From the NCBI RefSeq assembly GCF_000181795.1, contig NW_003526943.1, forward strand, positions 4,841,081 to 4,905,080: a stretch of 64,000 nt of DNA, given 5' to 3'. Positions 53,800 through 64,000 of this stretch are shown in pieces. Position 1 is the stretch's first letter; each line of letters starts with the position of its first letter. A program made the translations under genes and the position numbers. This stretch comes from Trichinella spiralis. Its lineage: Eukaryota. The notes beneath the pieces are model-generated. The model had not been told where the DNA came from. It did no database searches and saw only the letters and a program-made list of their open reading frames with translations.

Positions 53800-56110
53800 A
53801 GCAGTGCAGCTTCTGCATGACTGCTTTTACAGAACATCAGAGGCTCTGGACGCACAAATACTTGAGCATCACGGCACCGACACTGTTGCACTTATATTAC
53901 AGTAGAAAGGACGTTTACACTTTACTGTCAAAATGAGGTTACGGTAGGAAGGGACGTGTTGGGCATCATTAGTGTTGTTGGTCGCGGTACGCTGTTGATC
54001 GACTGTGGTGACCATACGACACCTCTGATCGAACAGCGCTTTCTGTAGTCTTTGTTTTTTTTCATAATTTATGCCGGATTTCTGTCAAATCACATACTGA
54101 GGTTGCTCTTTGCTATGGCTGTTCATGTCAGCGGTTTCCGAGCAGTCAGCAATGATCTGGACCTGTTCAGAGAGCAACTTCAAGATGGGCTAACTGTGAA
54201 AGAGCACCTGAATGCAGTCACTCTTCATTTGAATAAGTTGAAGTTGAAGTAAATAAGCTTAGCGAATCATTCCAGTGGCAGAAATGTTGTCTCTGCGTCA
54301 CACGAATCACTAATCATTTAAGATTGTTGTACTCAATGACGTCGATTCGACAACAATACTTGGAAAAGGAACTTCAGTGAGTATGCGAAATTGCTCTGTA
54401 CCTGATGATCGAATGCATCACTAAGACTACAAATGCTCTAAAAGAGTTGCAGTGCATTTCCAGCGACGTGAACAGTTGTGACGTCGAACTTGCAACGATG
54501 CGACTGTTCCAAGTGATATTTCAGCGCTTCCCGCCAATGACACGTTGAACTCACTGACTTAGAGAAGCAGAGCTGTGAAATCCACCCTATGGAGCGTTTT
54601 GAGCAGTTGCTCCACTTCTAATGGAATATTTTGATGAATCTGGTAGATGAGAAAGCTTCTCAGAATGGTGCAAACAGGAAACTGGGTCTTTGATTTGTGA
54701 TTCAGATGGCAGGTGTGGTTATGCGATACTGAAAATGCCATTGGTAACGGGAAAAATGTCAGCAGACTGCAAAATACTGTGAAACTACAACTGAGCAAGT
54801 ATGAATGGATATCTGAGGGCATGACTTCGAAGAAAAAACAGTTGGTAGAACTGTTGGAGAAACAATGCTTTATATGTGAGAAAACTCTGCGCTGCATTCA
54901 CCGTTAGGCGTGGAGATACGGCCATTCAACGGCCTTGGCAGTCGTTACAAAGTTGCTTTGAAAATAAGAAGTGAAAAATGGAAGGTACTTTCACTTGTTC
55001 ATTGAAAAATGAAACATTCACTTGTATTCCACTCTTTTTAGGCTAAATATCTGCGGCGGCAACATGGAGCGAAGATGAGCTGAATAATAGCAGCTGCTCT
55101 TCAGGTTGAAGAAGGAATTGAAATTTTGAATGTGATGTCAGGGGTGATTTCCTGAAGTGATTGAAGTTGATTCCTGAAGTCAGAGGTGATGAATGACTTC
55201 GTGTTCAGATATCAACGACTGACGGCTGCGGCATCAGAAGGAAGTACACTTGCCGGCGCCCGGCCGAGACATTGATAAAGAGCCTCGCGAGGCAAAGAGC
55301 GTTGAATAGCTGGCTAAAAAATTCTGACTCATGCTGCCGACCAGTCAAAACAATTGGATTTAGAGAAGTACTCCAAAAAGTGTTATCTGTGAAAGAGCAA
55401 CTGAATACGGTAACTGTTCATTTGCATCCGTTGAATCTGCTTTGCACATCGTTCTCCTGCATTGGGCGGATGGTGAAAGTAGACTATTAACATCAAACAT
55501 AGAATACAGCAATTATTTACGATTATTGCATTCGATTACGTCGATTTGCTTGCAAGATTTGGAAAAAAAACACTTCAGAGAGTCTGTGACACACAAAGGC
55601 ATCATCGATTGCATCACCAAGTCCGGGAACGCTGTACAGTAGTTGCAGCGTATTCCGAGCGATATAAAAAAATGTAGATGTGCAACTGGAAATAATGAAA
55701 GTCCTTTGCTCTACCGGTGAATATCTGGTTGAAATGAGTGTCTCTGTTACACAGATCAAAGAATTCCGTTAAATAGCTTCATGAGGCTGTTCTGTGACTA
55801 TGCGACGGATATCAACGACTGACGGCTGAAGCAACATAAGGTAATACACCTGCAGGCGCCTAAATGTGAATAAAAAACCAGCATGCGGCAATGTTAAACA
55901 AGTGTTCAAAAATTCTGACTCATGCGCTGATGGGTCGAAGCTATTGAATTTGGTTCCATTTTTCCACCAACTGGAACACCTTTATCACAGATACGACGAA
56001 CTGGAGATAGAATTTGGAAAGACTGACTTGCATTTGTTGCCGCCTGTATTGCCCATGCTCAATAGCGCATCTGGGTGTAGGATGAACTGCTTGAATTCTA
56101 GCGTCTGCTA
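53800..56110 (+). mobile_element. Decayed, internally duplicated retroelement relic (probably BEL/Pao gag)
   Basis: GC-elevated, stop-riddled frames. TVKEHLNAVTLHL (54.2 kb) recurs as SVKEQLNTVTVHL (55.4 kb), GATATCAACGACTGACGGCTG occurs at 55208 and 55808, and there is a CFIC knuckle-like remnant at 54.87 kb. Confidence 0.45.
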
Positions 56111-56448
56111 AATTTCCAGTCTGTATATTATGTTTTTGTTGCAGTGAACAGCAAACTGCTGCGTGAGTACGCAGTCACCAATGAAACGATTTCCTCGTTG
56201 TTGTTCACTGCCTATTTTTTCCATATTAAATGAATATCATTGACAGGAAAGCAGTTATAAAAATAAAATTTTGAATTTTTTGGAAGTTTTGTGCAATATA
56301 TGCGAAAAAGAAAAAGACTATCAAAATTTGACATAAAGTTCGTTTTACGTTTAAATGAAGTACATTTCACATTGATGATACTTCATATTTCAGATTTACA
56401 TTCACAAAACTACTGTAATAAGTAAAAATGGGGCTATTTATTTTTATT

Positions 56449-58588
56449 GATCTTCATATTTGAAAAACATTTAACTGTAAGTATATCACAAAAATTATTT
56501 ATTCAACAAAACCGAAGTGATATGATTATTTTGATGGCATTTACGAATAAGCTTGCCATATCAAGCTAACCCGATGAAACAAAGAAAGAAATTGAATCAA
56601 AGGGCAGTAGGTTAACGATTTATATTTAAGCGATTCCCTTGGAAAACAATTTGCTTCCACTCTATTTATTATTTTTACAATGTTAGATGTTTCAAATAGC
56701 TAGCCGCTTTAAGCTAACTAATTGGGACATGAAAAATAAAAGTGAATTAAAAACAATGGAAATAGTTTGACGTTTGAAATATGATGTGACGTTCCTGCAA
56801 AAAACGGTTTTTCTTTTTACTATTCTCACAATTACTGTTTTAGAGGGCTTGCATTTTTGAAGAAAGCAATTTGAACAAGCATCAAATTCAATTAAAGATA
56901 ATGAACTTTTGACTTCAGTAAATTTGAAAATTGGTATTTGTATATACCTTCAAATATCAAAAACTTCAGGGGTCTCCCCAACAAAACGTTCTTACAACGC
57001 TAAAGATTACAAGTGAGAATTATTTCTTAACAAAACTGGCCAATCACAGCTACTTATCCAAATGACGTTATAACAACTTGCATAATCCAGGAAAAAGTTG
57101 GGTTTTGCAAAATATTATTACTGCGTCCAATATGCGTGCAGAAAAGCTTTCAAATTTAAAACTACAATAAGCACACATAAAAAACGATTTATATTATTCG
57201 TAAAAGCAATGCGTGCAGAGGTAAAAATATCATTCCTTAAAATGAAGATTACCTTTAAAGTTCTCTGTACATCCTTTACAAAAACCATTCTCATGCACAA
57301 GAATATATTGCTTTTATTATGTATTACCTATTTCACGTTCAATTGAAATGCCAACAATAATTCCCATTTTTACTGTTTCACTTTACGCTTATATTATCAA
57401 GTAAAAACAGATAAAAATTATGTAACTGAACTATTTTATTTAAAATATTAACATTTTCAAAATTTCTGTAAAACACTAAATAAAAAATTTCAATTTTAAC
57501 TTCTCAGATATTTACTTATTAAATATTATTCATATTATTTACTGAACACAATACATATTTACTTAAACTTCAAAATCCTATACAACCCTTCAAATACAAA
57601 TTAGAAAAGAATTTAAATCTAAACTATTTTAATAGTTTAGTTAGGAAATTATTTAAAAAATGATTCCCAGTCAGAATTCAATTCCTCCAATTAGAAATTG
57701 AACCAAAAATCGAGCAAACGAGCAAATCGAGTAAACAAGCAAATCGAGCAGATAAACATTTAAATATGGTTCATATTTTACCCATAACTTGTTCACAATA
57801 GAAATTATTGGGTTTTGACAGATATTACTTTATTTAAAAGTTTAGTACTGAAAAAATCCACGAGCATTACACAAATTGCATTCTAATGAAATATTTCTTC
57901 ATTCCACATAATATTTAATTCCTACATTTAATTTATAAATTATTTATTTATTTTTTGAGATCAATAATTTAAACGTCGCACTTCAATTCCACAAGCGTAG
58001 ATATGATTTTCAAATATCATCTTAAAATTATGCGTAACTAAAATCGAGCGGATGTAAACTGCACTATCATAATATTTTATTTTATTTCAAAAATAATTAT
58101 ATCAGTTTTGAATAATTTAAGCAATGAATAAATAACAATACTGAGAATTTTGCTAATTGAAATGATGTTTTTATACGACTGGATTCAGTTACAAAACCCA
58201 ATTTAAAATTCAAGTTTCTAGTAGAATAGACAGATTTTATTGTACAATATTTCAAATACCTTTCAATTTGTTTGAAGGTAAATAAATCGTGTACAACAAA
58301 TATTTGTTGTACAAAATTTTTGTCTTGGAAATCATAATGATTTCCTTTATATTTAGTTCATCCTAATCAAGAAGAATCTTTTAAAATTTTTTTTCGTTGC
58401 TTTTAAGTTGAAATGTTTGTTAAAAATATGTTCTATCAAAAAATATGTTTAATAATGTCATAGTAATCTAATTTTGATTTGCTTCACTTGAAAATAAAGT
58501 AAACAGAATTTACGATCAAAACTTTACTTGATGCTATATGGTTGCAAAAGCATATTAGGCAGAATGAACATAAACACTTATTCAATAA
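56449..58588 (+). repeat. Segmental duplication, copy 2; ends at an N gap
   Basis: Matches 3-2142 at offset 56446. Confidence 0.97.
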
Positions 58589-59714
58589 NNNNNNNNNNNN
58601 NNNNNNNNNNNNNNNNNNNNNNNNNNNNNNNNNNNNNNNNNNNNNNNNNNNNNNNNNNNNNNNNNNNNNNNNNNNNNNNNNNNNNNNNNNNNNNNNNNNN
58701 NNNNNNNNNNNNNNNNNNNNNNNNNNNNNNNNNNNNNNNNNNNNNNNNNNNNNNNNNNNNNNNNNNNNNNNNNNNNNNNNNNNNNNNNNNNNNNNNNNNN
58801 NNNNNNNNNNNNNNNNNNNNNNNNNNNNNNNNNNNNNNNNNNNNNNNNNNNNNNNNNNNNNNNNNNNNNNNNNNNNNNNNNNNNNNNNNNNNNNNNNNNN
58901 NNNNNNNNNNNNNNNNNNNNNNNNNNNNNNNNNNNNNNNNNNNNNNNNNNNNNNNNNNNNNNNNNNNNNNNNNNNNNNNNNNNNNNNNNNNNNNNNNNAT
59001 ACTCTATTTGAAACATCCATGAACTATCGTGGCAACACTTACAATCTCCGGCCCTCCAACATGGCACTAATGCTTAACGTTACGCGTTAGCTCATCAGTC
59101 TCATTTAATTTTACGCATGATTAGACGCATATGCCTGTATCAAACATTGTTCGCGTTTTTCGTCACATCACATATGTTGGTAAAGGCGATTTTAATACAA
59201 AGGGAAAATGCACAATCAACAAATTGTTCACAGTTTTAGCTTTCAAACTTAACCAAGGAGTGGCAACTACTAAATTGTTAGCATCTGATGAATTTCTTGA
59301 TTTTACTGGGAGTGTTCTATTCAAATCTTTCTTATTTGCAATCCAAGAATTTTATTTTAATATTTACAAAGTTTTTTTTGTTACAAAACATCCATATGTG
59401 TATTTTTATACATGTCGATTAGTTTTGCTGTTTGTATGAAAAATCCTGTTTGACTTTCATACATTTCATATAAAATACAGTCGAACTTGGTTAAAGCAGT
59501 AATTTTTATTTTTCAAAACTCAACATCAATAACAACAGCAAAGAACAGGCAATAATGCACAACATTAAATAACAGACAGTAACAAAAATAATAAACAGAA
59601 ATGACTGGACTAAACAAATATAAGTGATCAATATCAGCAAAGTAGAAACAACGAAAAGGGAAGAAAGCGATCAATAAAGCACATTATTACAAAATTCTAC
59701 TAGGAAGCGGAATC

Positions 59715-60060
59715 CATTCAGCTCCGGAGCTACGTACGTACATTAAAGCTTTGAGAAACTGCTCCAATGTGTCTACCGCTGGTGTAGTCACCAGTATATC
59801 TAATGATCAGTCGTTGTTTTACAGAATAAACTCTGTTTATCCAGCTTAAGTCGAAAGTGATAGTCAAAACATCTGGAAATTGTACAATCAGCTTCCTCCA
59901 TCAGGAGTTGGAGCAGTCTGTAAAACCTGAGTTTGCTTCCACCGGCATTTTTGTCCAGCCGATTATGCCAACCTTCCGAGTGGTTATTGCTTCTAATATT
60001 TATATTAAGTGCATTCCAAAGCGGCAGCCTTTCATTGCTCATTCACTCCTGGTGAAGAAT
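59715..60060 (-). mobile_element. MULE/Mutator-type transposase C-terminal fragment
   Basis: LPLWNALNINIRSNNHSEGWHNRL matches the W..RTNNxxEGWHNRLN motif around the catalytic E of animal MULE transposases; the tail (YTSG..EQFLKALMY) is frameshifted. Confidence 0.85.
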
Positions 60061-60169
60061 TGAAATGTAGTGACTGCTTCAGGAAAGCAAACATACGTAT
60101 CGATTTGTGATACAGGGAGTTAAACGGTGGCCAGTATCATTTTTACTTTTCTTTTTGTTTCATTTTCTG

Positions 60170-60520
60170 TCCGGTATCGAAATCGCCCACGAAAGGTAAG
60201 TAACTGTTCATCCACACACAAAAGTAGATTTGGAGAAAATGATTCACCACAGTTACGGACGAATTTATTCGAGAATAAAGCATTTTGACGTCGTGCAGAC
60301 GAATTTATTTCAAAGTAAAACATTTTGACGTCAGGCATATGTCGTGCATGCAACGCTCTGCTCGCGTTCAGAAGTCATCGAACCGTATGCATCGCGCCAT
60401 TTGGTGAAATGGGCACCACAGTACTGTAGTCGTGAAGACTAGCAATTTTACAGTAGTGCAGTTTTTTCACTTTACATATCCAACACCGGTTCTTTCCATG
60501 TTAACAACCAGCAATAAGCA
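60170..60520 (-). mobile_element. piggyBac (PGBD4-like) transposase fragment
   Basis: FHQMARCIRFDD and NKFVRNC..FSPNLLLCVDEQLLTFRGR, a piggyBac first-Asp motif; frameshifted. Confidence 0.88.
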
Positions 60521-60550
60521 GTAAAGCAAAAAAATACGCCTTCACTTCGA

Positions 60551-60769
60551 TCAAGTTTTCACAACGATCCATGTGTCCTGTTCATGCATGAAGGAAATTC
60601 GTCTGATGGCCGCGTGCGACGACGGCACCGCCCACTGCAGCAGCCACGACCTCAACTCGAACCGCTTGTCGTAGGTCAGCTCGTCAATCAGGCGTTCATC
60701 CGCCTGCGGGTTCCAAGAGGCCCAGCGTTTTTCCCAAGCAGCTATGCTTGTTCTTGAGGATCTCTTCTG
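60551..60769 (-). mobile_element. GC-rich coding-like fragment, probably another transposon, cut by a gap
   Basis: Open frame ..FELRSWLLQWAVPSSHAAI.. inside a transposon cluster; family not assigned. Confidence 0.35.
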
Positions 60770-61187
60770 NNNNNNNNNNNNNNNNNNNNNNNNNNNNNNN
60801 NNNNNNNNNNNNNNNNNNNNNNNNNNNNNNNNNNNNNNNNNNNNNNNNNNNNNNNNNNNNNNNNNNNNNNNNNNNNNNNNNNNNNNNNNNNNNNNNNNNN
60901 NNNNNNNNNNNNNNNNNNNNNNNNNNNNNNNNNNNNNNNNNNNNNNNNNNNNNNNNNNNNNNNNNNNNNNNNNNNNNNNNNNNNNNNNNNNNNNNNNNNN
61001 NNNNNNNNNNNNNNNNNNNNNNNNNNNNNNNNNNNNNNNNNNNNNNNNNNNNNNNNNNNNNNNNNNNNNNNNNNNNNNNNNNNNNNNNNNNNNNNNNNNN
61101 NNNNNNNNNNNNNNNNNNNNNNNNNNNNNNNNNNNNNNNNNNNNNNNNNNNNNNNNNNNNNNNNNNNNNNNNNNNNNNNNNNNNNNG

Positions 61188-61627
61188 CTCATTGATTCAA
61201 ATCTTTCCCTTGTGATTAGCTGTAATATTTTTTTATTTCATTGGTTCAAATATTCCATTTAGGATTACGTAACTTTAATAATAGTGACGTAACATTAATA
61301 ATAGAAATATGTATTATTCAAAAATTGTATTGTTTGTTTGAAGTTTTGTCATTCATTGAAATTATGTCTATTTAAATATATTATTTGTGGTGAAGTTTAT
61401 ACATTTTCATGATCAGCATTCCCGAAAATAATTTTTATCATTATTCCCTATTTTATTGTACCAAAAGTGATGTTACCTCTAATGCGATGGTAATAATTCA
61501 TACAAGCATACCAAAATAACCTAACAGTGATTTTTCATCTCTCCCTACCCACCGGCGCTCACATCAGTATTGAACATCCACAACGTCCTAGTACAGACTT
61601 CCCCCCCTTGAAATATAAATCTGCCCC
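61188..61627 (+). repeat. Copy of the 10.9-11.7 kb dispersed repeat, between two N gaps
   Basis: gctcattgattcaaatctttcccttgtgattagctgtaatattttt.. is almost identical to 11014 onward. Confidence 0.9.
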
Positions 61628-62557
61628 NNNNNNNNNNTATCATTGATAAAGAGAAATTTGCATATATTGTGTTGCAGTAGGTAGGGTATTAGTGTTTAAG
61701 GTGATTAATGGTGTGTCGAATTTGTCAACAGTTTTCAACGTATGATTTGTAGATAAGTAAGCAACCTATTTTTTGAAAAATTGAGTACAATGTCATGTAC
61801 AAAATTTAAAAATAATTTTGCTGTTTTTACGTGAAAATCAGCAACGGCTCTTCAACGCATGTGCTATAGTTACCAGGTTCTGGGGAACACATGATAACAA
61901 ATTGCTCTGAACTGCTTAAACAATATCGATGTAACATAAATATTGTACAACAGTAAATGCAACTGTACATTGTATAGTGTTATTAGAATTGTTATAATAT
62001 AAAAAGTGAAACATTTTTTAATTCGATGATTTAAATGCTTTCTTAAATTAAAAAATGTGCAATAACTATTGAAACATAAACAAAAAGAACACCAAAAAAC
62101 GCCTTTTAAACTAAAAATACAATTCCGTTCGTTCCTCTTAATACTAACTTTTTTGGTATACGGTAAGTTTTTTCAATCTACAGTCTTCTTTAATCCTACA
62201 AAATCGATGAAACATTAATAAAGAAAAAATATTTAAATCGAGTTCTGTTTTAGTAAATAAAAAGCATTTCATTCGTTTGCTGTTTATCAATATTTGCCAA
62301 AAAATTATCTGATTATTTTGTTTTTGATGAATTTTTAAAATAAAATTTTTTTTGAAAAATAAAATTAACAAATAAAATTAATGGTTATAATAATTTTAAA
62401 AAATGAAGGTTGTTTTTAGGATGTTGTGTAATTTGTACTTGAGTATTATTTATTATCCCATGTCTTTACATATAGTTTTTCTGAGTGCATTGATTCTTAT
62501 TGAAATTTTACAGCATATTTTTGTTTTGTAATTTTTGGCATTTTTTAAGGTATAGTC

Positions 62558-63527
62558 ATGTTCCGTCTACCAGTCACAGATTGCGTTAAGCAAATTTCCA
62601 GCGTTTTGTCACGTACGCAACTTTTGTCATCCTGGCGTAAATTCTCTAGCCATACTGCTGAAGAAACACCTGAACAGTTTGATAAAAGATTTATCGATTT
62701 TTTCAATCAACCAGATATCGATGGATGGCTTGTTCGCAAAGGTATGTTTCACTTTTTTAAGCATTGATCTGCTTTTTTGATCTGCAATCTAATGTTTTTG
62801 TTATTGGAGATAAATTTAGGCAAAACGAGTCCGATTTAATCCTATTAATGATAAAAATCTTATATTATGTTTTATCTGTTTAACTGATATGTGTATTATT
62901 TTTTTCCTACGTAAAAACGTTTACTAGTTTTCAGTTTTATTTGTTGTATTTAGTAAAATGACAACTGTTTTTTGTTTTAAAACTACATTTTTTCTATAGC
63001 ATCTGTGATCAATTTTAGTGAAAGTTAGCACTAAAGTTGAAGTTTAATTAATACTAAGGAAATTTGGTTTGAATTTAAGCACTTTTTAAATTTTTATGAA
63101 GATTTCTACTCAAATATGTAAAATTTGTAAAATGTTAGAATTAAGTAATTTTATTCGTAAAATATTTTTTTGTTTGTTTAACGATAAAATGATAGTGATA
63201 TTATTTTACAGTGGCCGTTGGCAATTTGTAAATTTATGGTTTTGTGATAAGTTGATTATTAATTTTAATATGTTAATGAAAGTGCATTCACGTCGGTCAA
63301 GGTTGGTGATATGAAATTATTGCAAAAGCTATTTTCAAATGTCGCTTTATTTAGGACTGTATGAGCTTCACTGCCATGATATTGTGCCAGAGCCTACCGT
63401 AGCAGCGGCAGCGCTTCGTGCTTGTCGTCGTGTGAATGATTATGCCTTAGCTGTAAGGTTTTTGGAAGCGATAAAATTGAAATGCGGTCGGCATGCTTCC
63501 AAAATATACCCGTACATTATACAGGAG
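62558..63527 (+). CDS. cox-5A: Cytochrome c oxidase subunit 5A; exons 62558-62741 and 63355-63527; last exon not identified in the window
   Basis: Basic mitochondrial presequence, ETPEQFDKRFIDFFNQPDIDGWLVRKG and DIVPEPTVAAAALRACRRVNDYALAVRFLEAIKLK, with a phase-1 GT-AG intron. Confidence 0.96.
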
Positions 63528-64000
63528 GTAAGAATTCGCAATAAGAAGAACATATGCTTATGCAGTATTTGACAGAAGAAATATAAATTAAGTGATTTTA
63601 TTATTAAAATTTGATGTTAATTTTTTTTTTGATTTTGATGAAAATTGCATGTTTTGTAATTAAAGTGTTTTGCTGATTTTGAAGTAAGATTTAGAAATAA
63701 ATGATTACCATGTGAAATTCAGTTGATTTCAGTAATTATTTCTGTTAATTATAAATTAGTTCGTTGTAATACGTTTTAGAACTATGCTTTAATATTATTC
63801 AAGTTATTAGATAATGTTTGACGATGCAGATAGATTTTATGCAGTTTGAAATTGTTGTATTCTGTATAAAAAAATTTTCTTTTTCCTAAAGTATGACAAA
63901 TTTTAATGAATATTGAAAAATGAAATAATATTTTTGCGTAATTTGGAAGATTATTGAAAAATGTCAAAAACATACATGCATAACTGCAGATAGTTTATTT

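Noticed and set aside
58484..61262. Long ORFs of X residues
   Set aside because: Artefacts of N gaps.

Overview
AT-rich eukaryotic DNA with short GT-AG introns. It is most consistent with a clade I nematode such as Trichinella (inferred from intron size, composition and transposon types). A gene-rich core at about 6-53 kb carries eight consecutive minus-strand genes: a membrane-anchored NHL-like beta-propeller, a full-length Dicer, 40S protein S7, a MIC19/CHCHD3-like protein, a kinesin-4, a PP1 glycogen-targeting subunit, a divergent DAXX-like histone chaperone, and an intronless protein made of three 180-aa STAR-type KH-QUA2 modules. The 5' part of cox-5A lies on the plus strand at the right edge. 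The flanks and some intergenic spaces hold decayed BEL/Pao, hAT, MULE and piggyBac fragments, two dispersed repeat families, and a near-identical 2.1-kb direct duplication 56.4 kb apart. The most interesting items are the DAXX-like gene (DAXX is reported absent from C. elegans), the triple STAR-KH protein, atypical motifs in the Dicer, and a repeat that preserves three consecutive hairpins. All homology calls are by eye against recalled family motifs; no searches were run.
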